Part shown: positions 38,683-48,758 of the stretch, in pieces
Layout of the letters: the number at the start of each line of letters is the position of its first letter
How positions within the stretch are numbered: the stretch's first letter is position 1
IMG/VR virus record: IMGVR_UViG_3300042945_003044
Length of the DNA stretch: 64,000 bases
Strand: one strand, 5' to 3'
DNA from: a virus
The notes under the pieces: model-generated
The model's input: only the letters and a program-made list of their open reading frames with translations
What the model was told of the DNA's origin: nothing
Databases searched by the model: none
Translations under genes and position numbers: made by a program

Positions 38683-39362
38683 TTCTTGGTAGATGATTTA
38701 AGATGATTGATACTAGGATATTTTTTACTACCGAGTATTCCATCAGCGAAACCATAATAAACGGCTTCTTCTGCTGTTAGAATCCAATCACATTTGTTAG
38801 CAATTTGAGAAGTGATGTGTTTTCTAGCCATCATTCTTTTCCAATTCTTTTCTTTTGCAATCATACCATTCATACACCGGTCGGTAAATATATCTATCAT
38901 CTTATCGCATTCTTCTTCGTTCCACTTAATGGAACTAGCGGCCGCTTTGCTGTGTTCTCCGTCAATACTTAAAAATCCATAATGAATCATTAGATTAGTA
39001 TTCGGCATCAAAATTCTAAGATGCGCCGATTGCAGCAACACACTACTTGAGGATTCGGCTTTAGCATAGGCCAGTATAGTAACTTTAGCTGTAGAACTCT
39101 TAATAGCATCAAACATTCCTAGACAGTCTTGCCATTCTCCGCCAGGCATATGCATATGTACTAAAATTGGGTCATTAGAAATCAAATTTAGATATCTCAG
39201 ATTTTTTTCAAACACAACAGCTGACTTAAAATCTATACCCGGTTCTTCATCCGAATCTGATAAATAAGAGTGTAAATATATTTCTCTATTTGGTACATCT
39301 ATACCAAAATTATGGATGCTAGTTAAATCATCTGTCTCTAATGAGTTGTCTTTTTTAATCAT
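38679..39362 (-). CDS. clpP: ClpP-like serine protease
   Basis: HMPGG, AESSSS (Ser), MIHY (His), DWILTAEEAVYYGFAD (Asp). Confidence 0.85.
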   Translation of the reverse strand: MIKKDNSLETDDLTSIHNFGIDVPNREIYLHSYLSDSDEEPGIDFKSAVVFEKNLRYLNLISNDPILVHMHMPGGEWQDCLGMFDAIKSSTAKVTILAYAKAESSSSVLLQSAHLRILMPNTNLMIHYGFLSIDGEHSKAAASSIKWNEEECDKMIDIFTDRCMNGMIAKEKNWKRMMARKHITSQIANKCDWILTAEEAVYYGFADGILGSKKYPSINHLKSSTKK

Positions 39363-39807
39363 ATATGTCTAAATGCTCATAAACCCTATCATTAATATCT
39401 CTCATAATCTGAGAATCATCAAAAGCTTTTCCTACCGAAATACGAAATCTGTATCTGGTAAAAATATCTAAAGATTCTACTCCGCTAGTTTCTTCTATTG
39501 TATCTACAATATCTTTAGTGATATCAAAATTGGTATGGCCCATCCAAAAGTTAAAAATTTTATTACTAGCGGTATTTTCATTAATAGGTATAACGCCCAT
39601 CGGAGTCGCTATAACTTTAACATATTTAGGATTATAAATTCCAGAGTAGGATTCTAAGTTCTTTCCATTGTTATTTTGTTCTTCATTCTCATAATCTTCA
39701 TAGTAGTCTTGATCTGGCCCGGCCTCTTCTGCCTCATCGATATCATCATATCCAAATGGATCAACCCATTTTTGCCATATGATTTTAAATTTATTCTTGG
39801 ATGACAT
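39355..39807 (-). CDS. Hypothetical protein
   Basis: WQKWVDP, acidic linker, FWMGHTNF...TRYRFRI. Confidence 0.6.
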   Translation of the reverse strand: MSSKNKFKIIWQKWVDPFGYDDIDEAEEAGPDQDYYEDYENEEQNNNGKNLESYSGIYNPKYVKVIATPMGVIPINENTASNKIFNFWMGHTNFDITKDIVDTIEETSGVESLDIFTRYRFRISVGKAFDDSQIMRDINDRVYEHLDIYD

Positions 39808-39897
39808 TTAAGAATATAGCCTATTTATTAGGGAAAACTAAGCACTAAGACGCTATTATAGTAAGTATAAACACCAGAAAGTCACGAAAATAGCATT

Positions 39898-40362
39898 TTA
39901 ATGTTTTATTTGATTAAAAACCGCTGTTGGTCTAATTACAGGATGATTTTTGCTACTATTCTTTTTCTTATCTGTTCTATTTATGTGGGACATGGCCCAA
40001 AAAAATAATATGTTGTCAATAAATAATTGATCATTTGGATCGGAACTTTTTTTCTTGTTTTTCTCTAACAGAGATACTATCGAGTCAACTACTAGTCCGT
40101 CGGTTATAGAACTAATAAACTTACCAAAATCTTCCGATTCCCTAGTTATTTCATCAGAAGACATTTTGTCAGTTTCTGGTAAAAAACATAAAATATCTAT
40201 ATCGTTATTTTCGTATAGGCTAAACGTGATAGCTCCTTTTATTTTATCCTTTAAACCAAATTTACTGCTTGTGCTATATTTTTGGTCTTCTTCTTTTTTT
40301 TCGATTTTGCTACTACTAAATAATGTTTTTAATTTTAAGTAAAGTTTTTGTATTATATTCAT
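39898..40362 (-). CDS. Hypothetical protein
   Basis: 154 aa ORF. Confidence 0.55.
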   Translation of the reverse strand: MNIIQKLYLKLKTLFSSSKIEKKEEDQKYSTSSKFGLKDKIKGAITFSLYENNDIDILCFLPETDKMSSDEITRESEDFGKFISSITDGLVVDSIVSLLEKNKKKSSDPNDQLFIDNILFFWAMSHINRTDKKKNSSKNHPVIRPTAVFNQIKH

Positions 40363-40657
40363 TAGTTATACTCTCCAATAAATAAAATCCACCATGTTTA
40401 GGAACCAAGGTATTATATATTAGAACCATATAAGGTATATATAGTATTTTATTGACTATAAATATATCTAGAGGTCTAAAATTTAAATACCCATCATCAA
40501 TAGAAAGATATTGCTTAGACAATACTCCAAGCTGATAAGCGATGTCGGAATTTTCATTTAAGTTTAGATTAGGCAATTCTTTGTTATCGTCCAACAAAAC
40601 TTCTAGCTTGTTGTCTTGCATTCGCAATACATAAAGATCAAGTTGTGCATTTATCAT
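40316..40657 (-). CDS. Degenerate Nudix-fold protein (NrtR N-domain-like)
   Basis: LDLYVLRMQDNKLEVLL...LP resembles the NrtR/Nudix N-terminus; the Nudix box GX5EX7REUXEE is absent. Confidence 0.4.
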   Translation of the reverse strand: MINAQLDLYVLRMQDNKLEVLLDDNKELPNLNLNENSDIAYQLGVLSKQYLSIDDGYLNFRPLDIFIVNKILYIPYMVLIYNTLVPKHGGFYLLESITNEYNTKTLLKIKNII

Positions 40658-41234
40658 ATTGTCTTATAGTCTCTAAGCTTCTTTTGATATTTTGCCTAAT
40701 AGCTTCTCTCGACACTCCATAAACTTTACCAATCTCTGTTAGAGTTTTATCTTCGAGATAATATAGTTTGAGTTGGTGTTTTTGTTTTTCAGAAAGGGCT
40801 GAGTGATTCCACAAAGCGGACATAGCATCTGAGAGTATGGTTTCGTTTTCTTCTTCTATCAGAACATCAATAGGCTGCTTAGTTTTTTTGTCTGGGATGG
40901 TGTTGTGTAGTTCTGACTCTGAGTCTTCGCTAAACACATGATTGATACTTATGTTTTTAGGCTTCTTGTATTTATTTGTTATATACGTCTTGATAGCCCA
41001 AATAGCGCATTGGTTCCGATAAGAATATAGGGTTTTCTTTAGTCCCGTCTTCCCAGGTCTATCTGGATCAAATCTCCAGTCAGCATACATAATGGCTGTG
41101 GCAACATCCGAAACGGCTTCCTCATTGCTAAGCATTTCCTTGGATAGTCCGTTATAAAACTTCGGGGCAAATTTAGAGATAGTTTTTTTTGCTAAAGCAA
41201 TATACGTAGATAGAGAATCAAATGTCTTTTCCAT
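40638..41234 (-). CDS. Phage sigma70-family RNA polymerase sigma factor
   Basis: Region 2-like A..RFDPD...YSY...W; region 4 LSEKQK...TLTEIGKVYGVSREAIRQ. Confidence 0.85.
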   Translation of the reverse strand: MEKTFDSLSTYIALAKKTISKFAPKFYNGLSKEMLSNEEAVSDVATAIMYADWRFDPDRPGKTGLKKTLYSYRNQCAIWAIKTYITNKYKKPKNISINHVFSEDSESELHNTIPDKKTKQPIDVLIEEENETILSDAMSALWNHSALSEKQKHQLKLYYLEDKTLTEIGKVYGVSREAIRQNIKRSLETIRQYDKCTT

Positions 41235-41278
41235 ATTCGGTCCTTATAATTATTGACCCCAAACCGCCCAAATAAACA

Positions 41279-41752
41279 CTATTCAGACTTTTTGTTGTCC
41301 TTAGTTAGCTTTTTCCACATGTCAGGATCTGGCCTGTCTTTATCTCCTGGCTTAGCTGGTCTATAGTCATCACCCATTCGCTGTCTTTTTTTACGAATGT
41401 TTTCCCATAGCCCAGTCTTAGCTCCTGCTCCAGTATTATCGGCAGCCTCCGAGACATACATGACAAAATCATGGATACCTCGCATTTGATCCTCAACTAC
41501 AGCGATCATACCCTGTAGATGGGCCGCTGTCAAATTCTCGCTTACGTTTGGGTTTTCGAGACTGTTTAATATACTATTAGCGTGTTCCATGATAGCTCTT
41601 AAAGAGCCAACGCTCATATTATAGAAATCTTTTTTATATTCCATGAGTTCAATTTCTGGTGATTCTGTTTCTTGTTTTTCTACATTTAGAAAATTACTAT
41701 CTTCTGATAGTGCTTTATTAACAGAATTTAAAATATCATTTATGCGATCCAT
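41279..41752 (-). CDS. Hypothetical protein with basic C-terminal motif
   Basis: GLWENIRKKRQR...PAKPGDKDRP motif of a type seen in large-phage proteins. Confidence 0.55.
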   Translation of the reverse strand: MDRINDILNSVNKALSEDSNFLNVEKQETESPEIELMEYKKDFYNMSVGSLRAIMEHANSILNSLENPNVSENLTAAHLQGMIAVVEDQMRGIHDFVMYVSEAADNTGAGAKTGLWENIRKKRQRMGDDYRPAKPGDKDRPDPDMWKKLTKDNKKSE

Positions 41753-41830
41753 AATGAAGCCTCATGTATTATAACGACTAGTCTGAACCTATTTATAAAA
41801 TTATACTTGTATGCTTAAGAAATTGTCTAA

Positions 41831-42343
41831 TCACCAACTCTTACACGCCCAATATCGACTTTTCCACTTAGGCCCAGGATTATCACAATTGTGTCTAGCT
41901 CTAAAGCTTTTTCTGCGCTCTGGAATATTTTTCTTAATCTTCATGTTGGGGTCGCCAAAATTTACTTTGACAATATTTCCTTTGTCGTTTTTTACGTAAA
42001 CGCTAAACTTTTTGGGGCCGTCAGGAGTTCTAAAGGGCTTATTTAAAGTTACTTTACGCCCCTGATATTCAGCAGCAACTGTTTTACCGTCTTCTTCGTA
42101 GATTGTATTAGCTTCTACTTCCCACGTAAATTCATCCCATTCATCGTCCCATGAACAATTACTAGCCAAAAGATTATCGCAAACTTCTTCGATCAATAAA
42201 GATCCTGCTTTTTTTGTTTGACCCAGACACACCGCTACTCTTTGTTTGGAGTCTTGGTAATCTTTTTTCATTACCTCGCTGCTCATGCAGCGGGATATAA
42301 ACTTTTGTTTATCTTCATTATTTTCTGGCTGAGGTATGGGCAT
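41831..42343 (-). CDS. Hypothetical protein, DUF6321-like C-terminal domain
   Basis: VKVNFGDPNM...RRKSFRARHNC...YWAC; N-terminal FISRCM motif. Confidence 0.6.
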   Translation of the reverse strand: MPIPQPENNEDKQKFISRCMSSEVMKKDYQDSKQRVAVCLGQTKKAGSLLIEEVCDNLLASNCSWDDEWDEFTWEVEANTIYEEDGKTVAAEYQGRKVTLNKPFRTPDGPKKFSVYVKNDKGNIVKVNFGDPNMKIKKNIPERRKSFRARHNCDNPGPKWKSRYWACKSW

Positions 42344-42357
42344 ATAGTATCTCCTGT

Positions 42358-43419
42358 CTATTTAGACATACACCCTTCTATTATATTGGCTGTATTATTC
42401 CATGATAGCTTTTGGGCCGTTTTTAGGCCACCAGAATTATTAGTGATTCTATTTTTATAAACAAATCTCATATAGTCTACGCACTCATCTATTTGAGATT
42501 GGCCTATTTTGGCCCAATTCCCCTGTCCAACAAATGCCTTGCCATCATATGCTCGTTCTGTTTCTGTAATATTTACCAGATAAGAATTATCTTTATCACA
42601 AAATTCGGTGTGGGCAGAGTAGTCGGTTGCTATTACTGGTTTATTCATAGCCATGCATTCTAAAAGTTCGAGATTCCATCCTTCTGCTCTTGACATAAAC
42701 ACACCACAAGAAGCCTGAGATATAATCTGAGCTATATCCTGCTGGGAATCGACACCGGGAGAAAGTTTTACCCTACTGTCAATCAAATATTTATTTTTCC
42801 ATTCTTTAAGTTGTTCTTCACTAGAATAGTTATTTGTGTGTTCTGACGCTACTATCCATAGTTCAACATCTTCTTCCGATGGAAAAGCTTTTCTAAATAT
42901 ATCTATAAGTACATCGTGACCTTTTCTAATTTCCCATTTACCAATATTTAAAAAGACATATTTGTTTTGATCTATCATAGAATACTGCTCATGATTAAAA
43001 GTAGCAACGTCTACTCCTAAAGGAGCCACATTCACTATCGAACAGATACCATTGTTTAGTATTATGTCTTTAGCCCAATTACTAGATACAAAGAGTTCGT
43101 CTGGTACGGATAGGTGTTTTTTTTCTCTTTGATTAAAAGAGTCTAGCTCAAAAAATGGATACGCAAAATATCTTCCTTTACCAACTCTTTCTGCTAGATC
43201 AAACTGATGCCAAATTTTAATAAACGGAGCATGGATGTCGAAATCGTCTTGGTTATTAAGCAGATCTACTACGAAATCATAATCTTGCTGTGTATTAACG
43301 CTTGGTTGTCCTTTTGGAAAATAATATATTTTATTTTTTCCGGATAGTGCTTTTAGGATATTGAAGGAAGCAAGTCCATATCCGGTATTATTAATGGGGC
43401 CACAAAAATTAATATTCAT
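42358..43419 (-). CDS. GT4 family glycosyltransferase
   Basis: TGYG, GKWEIRKG, SRAEGWNLELLECMAM. Confidence 0.88.
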   Translation of the reverse strand: MNINFCGPINNTGYGLASFNILKALSGKNKIYYFPKGQPSVNTQQDYDFVVDLLNNQDDFDIHAPFIKIWHQFDLAERVGKGRYFAYPFFELDSFNQREKKHLSVPDELFVSSNWAKDIILNNGICSIVNVAPLGVDVATFNHEQYSMIDQNKYVFLNIGKWEIRKGHDVLIDIFRKAFPSEEDVELWIVASEHTNNYSSEEQLKEWKNKYLIDSRVKLSPGVDSQQDIAQIISQASCGVFMSRAEGWNLELLECMAMNKPVIATDYSAHTEFCDKDNSYLVNITETERAYDGKAFVGQGNWAKIGQSQIDECVDYMRFVYKNRITNNSGGLKTAQKLSWNNTANIIEGCMSK

Positions 43420-44549
43420 TAAACACCTAGACGCGGGTTGTTGTTATTATGTATTTGGCTCACTTTACAAAACTGACTACATTTAGCCATATGTTTAACG
43501 TGAGCCGCTCCTATATAACAGCAACAGGAACGGATGCCCCCCAATAATTCTTGGATAATTTTATCCATAGGCCCCTTGTAAGGTACGGTGATTTTAGTTC
43601 CTTCACTAGCTCTATATTCTTTGATATTATCTTCATATTTTTCTTGAGCATGGTGGGTGCTCATTCCGTAGTATGTGAATTCGGTTTTTCTTTTTGTGGT
43701 CGAATATCCAGGATCATATGGCTGCCACCACTCCGAATTATGAGATTGGCACAAATACTCAGTTTTCCACTCCCCATCACAAGGCTCGGATCCTGCGAAA
43801 TATCCGCCGAGCATTACAAAATCACTTCCTGCACACAGGGCTTTGCAAACGTCTCCAACCGTTTTGTGTCCACCATCAGAGCAGATTAGGCCTAGTTTTT
43901 TATGTCCATTTTGAAGGCCGTGTGCTACATAGGCATTGTCTAAACAACAGCTCAACTGAGGCACCCCACAACCTGTAAGAAAGCGAGTAGTACACGCGCT
44001 TCCTCCACCAATACCACACTTTACAATATCGACGCCTCCATAAATTAATAGTTCTTGAGTAGACGAGGTATTAGTAACATTCCCAGCAATAATAATGGAT
44101 TCTGGGAAATGATCTCTAACTCTCCTACAGTATTTAACAAAAACATCCATATGTCCATTTGGAACGTCTATACAAATATTTGGCTGCTTTCCTAGTTTTT
44201 CTTTAAGCTCTAGCAAATGATTTAAGTCGCTTTTTTTATAGCCTATTGATACGAATGTATAGTCTATATTTTCTGGGTGTTTTTGAAAATAATCCGAAAG
44301 CTGTTCAACAGTATGGTATTTGTGTAAACATGCTATCATTTTATGCTTAGCTAGTGCTGTCGCCATCTCAAAACTACAAAAGCTCATATTGGCGCACATA
44401 ATTGGGATACCGGTCCAACTTCTTGGAGAATGATAAAAACTAAACGTGCGTTCTAGCTCTATATCTGATCTACTAGTAAGAGTGGAGCGTTGAGGAACTA
44501 TTAATACGTCATTAAAGTCTAATTTTGATTCATTGATAATTTTTTGCAT
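43419..44549 (-). CDS. guaC: GMP reductase
   Basis: KLDFNDVLIVPQRSTLTSR, GIGGGSACTTR, SDGG, YYGMS, YRASEG. Confidence 0.92.
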   Translation of the reverse strand: MQKIINESKLDFNDVLIVPQRSTLTSRSDIELERTFSFYHSPRSWTGIPIMCANMSFCSFEMATALAKHKMIACLHKYHTVEQLSDYFQKHPENIDYTFVSIGYKKSDLNHLLELKEKLGKQPNICIDVPNGHMDVFVKYCRRVRDHFPESIIIAGNVTNTSSTQELLIYGGVDIVKCGIGGGSACTTRFLTGCGVPQLSCCLDNAYVAHGLQNGHKKLGLICSDGGHKTVGDVCKALCAGSDFVMLGGYFAGSEPCDGEWKTEYLCQSHNSEWWQPYDPGYSTTKRKTEFTYYGMSTHHAQEKYEDNIKEYRASEGTKITVPYKGPMDKIIQELLGGIRSCCCYIGAAHVKHMAKCSQFCKVSQIHNNNNPRLGV

Positions 44550-44552
44550 AAG

Positions 44553-44756
44553 CTACGCTTTCCTCATATATTCATCTGTATCATAACATGTCCATTTTTT
44601 AAAATCTTCGAATCCCTGTTCGCTTACGCAGATTTTTGCGCCTGTCATTATACCCCTGCCCTTGTAGTGCTTTAAAGCCGCCAGAATAGCGGCTGTATGA
44701 TCAGGAGAATCTATAATAAATTTTATTTGTCCAGACTTAACATAGTATTTAGGCAT
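44553..44756 (-). CDS. Small hypothetical protein
   Basis: MPKYYVKSG...VSEQGF. Confidence 0.55.
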   Translation of the reverse strand: MPKYYVKSGQIKFIIDSPDHTAAILAALKHYKGRGIMTGAKICVSEQGFEDFKKWTCYDTDEYMRKA

Positions 44757-44838
44757 TTTGGTTTTACAGAAAAATGTTTTCATTATACAAATCTTCAACC
44801 CCTATGGGCAAAAGATAACATTAAAAAATCAAATAATA

Positions 44839-45372
44839 TTATATATTAAAAAATTGCCATCTTCTATAAGATTCAATGTTTTCATCAGTATCAATATGCT
44901 TAAGATAGTTTTTAAGATCGTCCCATGAAGAAAAAATCATTTGATGAGGAATAGTTCCGAATATCCAGTCAGGGGCATTTATTTTTCCTTGTTCTACATG
45001 AATAATAATGGGCTTCTTACATCTGTTAGCACTAAAAATTTCCTCATACGTTCCGCATGGATGTATATCTAAATTCAGGTTGACTATCAAAAAATCGCTA
45101 ATATCTACGAGACGTAGGTCAACTCTCCTGATAACTTTCATCATTTCTGATAATTCATCATATCGTTCTTTTTGTTTTAGCTTAGTTTTTACAATATGAG
45201 AATCATGATCTTCCATACCTGTTGTGGTTGGCTTAGTGATAGGATTAAAAACCACAACGCCCATGTCTTCTAAGAAAGGCGTAATATTATCTCTCCATGT
45301 AGTACCTCTGTCTGGCACTCTGTCCATAGCTCCGGCTAAATATACTCTTTGATTTTCTAGTCTATTATGCAT
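44839..45372 (-). CDS. Nucleoside 2-deoxyribosyltransferase-like protein (NDT/MilB/Rcl family)
   Basis: VYLAG.M, FNP, DL..VD.SD, GTYEE. Confidence 0.75.
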   Translation of the reverse strand: MHNRLENQRVYLAGAMDRVPDRGTTWRDNITPFLEDMGVVVFNPITKPTTTGMEDHDSHIVKTKLKQKERYDELSEMMKVIRRVDLRLVDISDFLIVNLNLDIHPCGTYEEIFSANRCKKPIIIHVEQGKINAPDWIFGTIPHQMIFSSWDDLKNYLKHIDTDENIESYRRWQFFNI

Positions 45373-45385
45373 TTCGTGTCCTTTG

Positions 45386-46009
45386 TCAAACTGATAGATG
45401 TTTGAATTTTTTCAGTATGCTTATCCCGTGTCTAAATGGTAAACTATTATTATGGTTTGATGGCTGAGTATGAAAATTAATACAATTATACCCAAAGTCA
45501 TCAACTAAAGTATTTACCATGTTTCTTTCTACTGGCTGATGAATCCATCCATCATTTGTTTGATATGACCATGAACAAACCTGTAACGGATGAGTATTGG
45601 TATCGTGTAACGCTATAATAGTATTATCGTCTATTAAATTACTAGATATAAGATTATTTAATAATTGCATTTGCTCATCATATGCATGAGCATCAAAAAA
45701 AACCAAACCTATATAAGAACTATCTATGTCCTGTGTATTTACATCTTGTGCATTTTTTGTTATGACAATATGATTATCTTTAATTTTATTAACTGACGAA
45801 ATATCTACGGTATAGACCTTTCCTTGGTCTGTTACTGCATGTAGAAAATTATTGGCTGAATAACCATTTAGTCCACCAACTTCAAGTATTGTTTTAATGT
45901 TACATGTTCTAATTATAGAGTACAATAATAAAGCTTCGTCATCTTGTATTGGTCCGAATACAAACTGATCGCTATTTTGTGTTAGATGATCTAAAAAATA
46001 CTTTACCAT
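45386..46009 (-). CDS. Class I SAM-dependent methyltransferase (Methyltransf_24-like)
   Basis: ILEVGGLNGYS, FFDAH, ALHDT. Confidence 0.8.
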   Translation of the reverse strand: MVKYFLDHLTQNSDQFVFGPIQDDEALLLYSIIRTCNIKTILEVGGLNGYSANNFLHAVTDQGKVYTVDISSVNKIKDNHIVITKNAQDVNTQDIDSSYIGLVFFDAHAYDEQMQLLNNLISSNLIDDNTIIALHDTNTHPLQVCSWSYQTNDGWIHQPVERNMVNTLVDDFGYNCINFHTQPSNHNNSLPFRHGISILKKFKHLSV

Positions 46010-46026
46010 AATAATTATTATATTTA

Positions 46027-46176
46027 TTAGTACTTGTCAAAAAATAAGAACGTAAAAATATTATTGGATGGCTTAACGCCAATACCTAGTGTTCGTGCTC
46101 TATCCATAGCTTTTATACCATTCAAAAAACCTATAAAACACGCAACGATAAACGAGAACAATATGACAATATTCAT
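46027..46176 (-). CDS. Small membrane protein (49 aa; not in the ORF track)
   Basis: MNIVILFSFIVACFIGFLNG...; co-oriented with neighbours. Confidence 0.5.
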   Translation of the reverse strand: MNIVILFSFIVACFIGFLNGIKAMDRARTLGIGVKPSNNIFTFLFFDKY

Positions 46177-46285
46177 TGATAGGATATTTATTGTGTTAAA
46201 AGGAAAACCGCTCTCTTCGTTATGATAACATACAGACGTATCCTTTTCAAGGACTCTCCTGATAGCAAATGCTCTTTAATGACTA

Positions 46286-46924
46286 TTAATTAGAGTATTT
46301 TTCAACCAGTTTTAAAATTTTTGGAGATAACTTGTAGTTCGTATCAAATATATATGGCCACAACCTTTCAAGAATATAAGCTTCTATAGGAATATTTTCT
46401 GTGCTAAGTAGATCTAATACTAGTTTATAAAAACCAATTGGCCTATGAACGATATTCTTTTTCGTAGTAATAAACTGAGCCCCGTAAACTGTTCTATAAA
46501 CATCTTTAGGTTGCATATTAATACCAAATAACAAATTTAAAAAATAAAACATAGGTAGGCCCATCTCGTGTCTAGGGTCAAAGTTTGCGTATGGCCCCTC
46601 CGAAACTTGTGGGCCTAAACCAAAAAAGCCAGATGAATCATAAATAGATTCTAATAAAGTTTGATCAGATAACTTTTGTAAAATAGAAGGATAATGATCA
46701 AAAGGGTTACCCTGACAAAAAACCATTATATCTGATAAATTATGATAATTATTTACTATATGGTAAAGATATGTGTGGGCTTCCCTACCGATATTGGGTA
46801 AAAAATTCATTGATAAATGATTATGTTTATCATAGATGACCATATGATAAAAGGATGGCAGATTTTCTGTCCACCGAGTATCTTCTTGGTATTTAGCTAT
46901 AATTATATGAGCTGATTGATCCAT
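46286..46924 (-). CDS. DUF3431 family protein (glycosyltransferase-associated)
   Basis: AKYQED..W, PNIGREAHTYLYHI, F.QG.PFDH, GAQF, LERLW. Confidence 0.85.
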   Translation of the reverse strand: MDQSAHIIIAKYQEDTRWTENLPSFYHMVIYDKHNHLSMNFLPNIGREAHTYLYHIVNNYHNLSDIMVFCQGNPFDHYPSILQKLSDQTLLESIYDSSGFFGLGPQVSEGPYANFDPRHEMGLPMFYFLNLLFGINMQPKDVYRTVYGAQFITTKKNIVHRPIGFYKLVLDLLSTENIPIEAYILERLWPYIFDTNYKLSPKILKLVEKYSN

Positions 46925-47655
46925 AAATTTTTATTAACTAGAGACAATTTGTGATTAAATAAATCTTTTTTTAGTATAATATTGCTTAGCACATGACATT
47001 TTTCGATAATGTTAGTCGCAGAAGTAGCATGAAACACCTTAACGGTTGATATCAGACTATTAAGCATATATAACGGATTGTTGTTAGTGCAAAACTCTGT
47101 TTTGTTTAATAGTGCGTGTGTCGTGTTAAACTTATTTTCTCTCTGAAAATACGACTGAATAACTGGTTGGTCATTAGGTTTTTTTTGTTTTTTTGCTAAA
47201 CACTGAATATGATCAAAAAACCGTAGAATATGTTCTGAGCATTTAAATGCAAAAAAGCCCCCATTGATCATATGGTGCGGACAATGCAGGTTCTCTGCCA
47301 TGTATGCTATATCTATAGCATTAGTTGTTGGTATAGGATCTTTTGGCTCCATACTTTTTTGAATAGTTGTATATATATCGTCAAAAAATACTATGTCTAT
47401 ATCGCTAAATATAGCTATTTTTTCAGACCATAGATTTTTCGATACATACTCTTTTAAGATATCGAATCTATTGATCAATATTTCTGACCAGTGTTCAGAT
47501 TCAAAGGAACCGTCGGCGGAAGAACTATTATTGTCGACATGACTTATAAGATTAAAATTTTGTGATAGGTGTTGCTGAAAAGACGGGCAGAAATAAATAT
47601 CGAATAATGGTTGATGTAAACGATCATGATAAGTAAGTATGTCTATTTTGTTCAT
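46903..47655 (-). CDS. Nucleotide-diphospho-sugar transferase (GT77-like, GT-A fold)
   Basis: FSDIDIVF, INGGFF, NDQ, FHA. Confidence 0.7.
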   Translation of the reverse strand: MNKIDILTYHDRLHQPLFDIYFCPSFQQHLSQNFNLISHVDNNSSSADGSFESEHWSEILINRFDILKEYVSKNLWSEKIAIFSDIDIVFFDDIYTTIQKSMEPKDPIPTTNAIDIAYMAENLHCPHHMINGGFFAFKCSEHILRFFDHIQCLAKKQKKPNDQPVIQSYFQRENKFNTTHALLNKTEFCTNNNPLYMLNSLISTVKVFHATSATNIIEKCHVLSNIILKKDLFNHKLSLVNKNLWINQLI

Positions 47656-47666
47656 AAAGTTAATCT

Positions 47667-48749
47667 CTATATATCTATATTAAGAGCTGCTCCTATTACC
47701 TGATGCATGTCATAATACCTGTACTCTGCCAGTCTGCCTCCAAAAATATATTTCATTTGTGTCTTGGAAAGATTTTTGTACTTATTACAAGTAATATTAT
47801 TGATCTCGTCATTGATTGGATAATACGGTTCATTGGAGTGATCATATTGTTGAGAATATTCTTTTGTAACAACTGTATTGCCCGATCCATTATTTGGTAT
47901 AAAGTGTTTATGTTCTATGATTCTAGTATACGGTGTTGCGCTATCTGTAAAATTAACTTGTGCCAACCCTTGAAAATTTGAACAGTCTAATAATGATTCT
48001 TCGAAACGAAGACTGCGATAGTCTAATTTACCAAATTCATAATCGTAAAATCTGTCAATTGGGCCAGTATAAATAATTCTAGAGGCTATAGACTCCCAAT
48101 AATCTCGTTTATCAAAAAAATCCGTTTCTAGCTCTACCACAGAACCATCAATCATTCTAGATATCATTTTAGTATAGCCATCAATAGGTATACCTTGATA
48201 GATATCGTTAAAATAATTGTCATCATATGTAAATCGAACAGGCAGTCTTTTAATAATAGAGGCTGGCAGCTCTTTTGGGTCTTTTTGCCATTGCTTAATA
48301 GTATAGTTCTTAATCAATTTATGATATATATCATATCCTACTAAAGACAGAGCTTGTTCTTCAAGATTGCTTGGTTTATCTCGAAACTTTTGTTTATTAA
48401 TAATACTTAAGGCTTCTTCTGGTGTTCTAACGCCCCAAAATTGATAAAAAGTCCACATATTAAAAGGTAAGGAATATAAATTATTATTATAATTAGCAAT
48501 AACTTTGTGTCTATAATTATTAAATTCTGTAAATTGATTAACAAATTTCCATATTTTTTCGCTTGAGGTATGAAAGATGTGAGGCCCATATTTATGGATA
48601 TCTATACCATCTTTTTTTTCCGTATAAACATTTCCACCGATATGTTTTCTTTTATCTATTATTAGAACGCTTTTTCCATGATCAAGACATTTTCTGGCTA
48701 TAGTAGCCCCATATAATCCGCATCCAACTATTAAATAATCGTATTTCAT
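47667..48749 (-). CDS. glf: UDP-galactopyranose mutase
   Basis: IVGCGLYG, HIGGN, YGPHIFHT, PYYP, GRLAEYRYYDMHQV. Confidence 0.96.
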   Translation of the reverse strand: MKYDYLIVGCGLYGATIARKCLDHGKSVLIIDKRKHIGGNVYTEKKDGIDIHKYGPHIFHTSSEKIWKFVNQFTEFNNYRHKVIANYNNNLYSLPFNMWTFYQFWGVRTPEEALSIINKQKFRDKPSNLEEQALSLVGYDIYHKLIKNYTIKQWQKDPKELPASIIKRLPVRFTYDDNYFNDIYQGIPIDGYTKMISRMIDGSVVELETDFFDKRDYWESIASRIIYTGPIDRFYDYEFGKLDYRSLRFEESLLDCSNFQGLAQVNFTDSATPYTRIIEHKHFIPNNGSGNTVVTKEYSQQYDHSNEPYYPINDEINNITCNKYKNLSKTQMKYIFGGRLAEYRYYDMHQVIGAALNIDI

Positions 48750-48758
48750 TGCTTATGT

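Noticed and set aside
46180-46285. Intergenic stretch with small hairpins (possible ncRNA or ribozyme)
   Set aside because: Only short stems; the hammerhead core is not matched; cannot be supported without a covariance search
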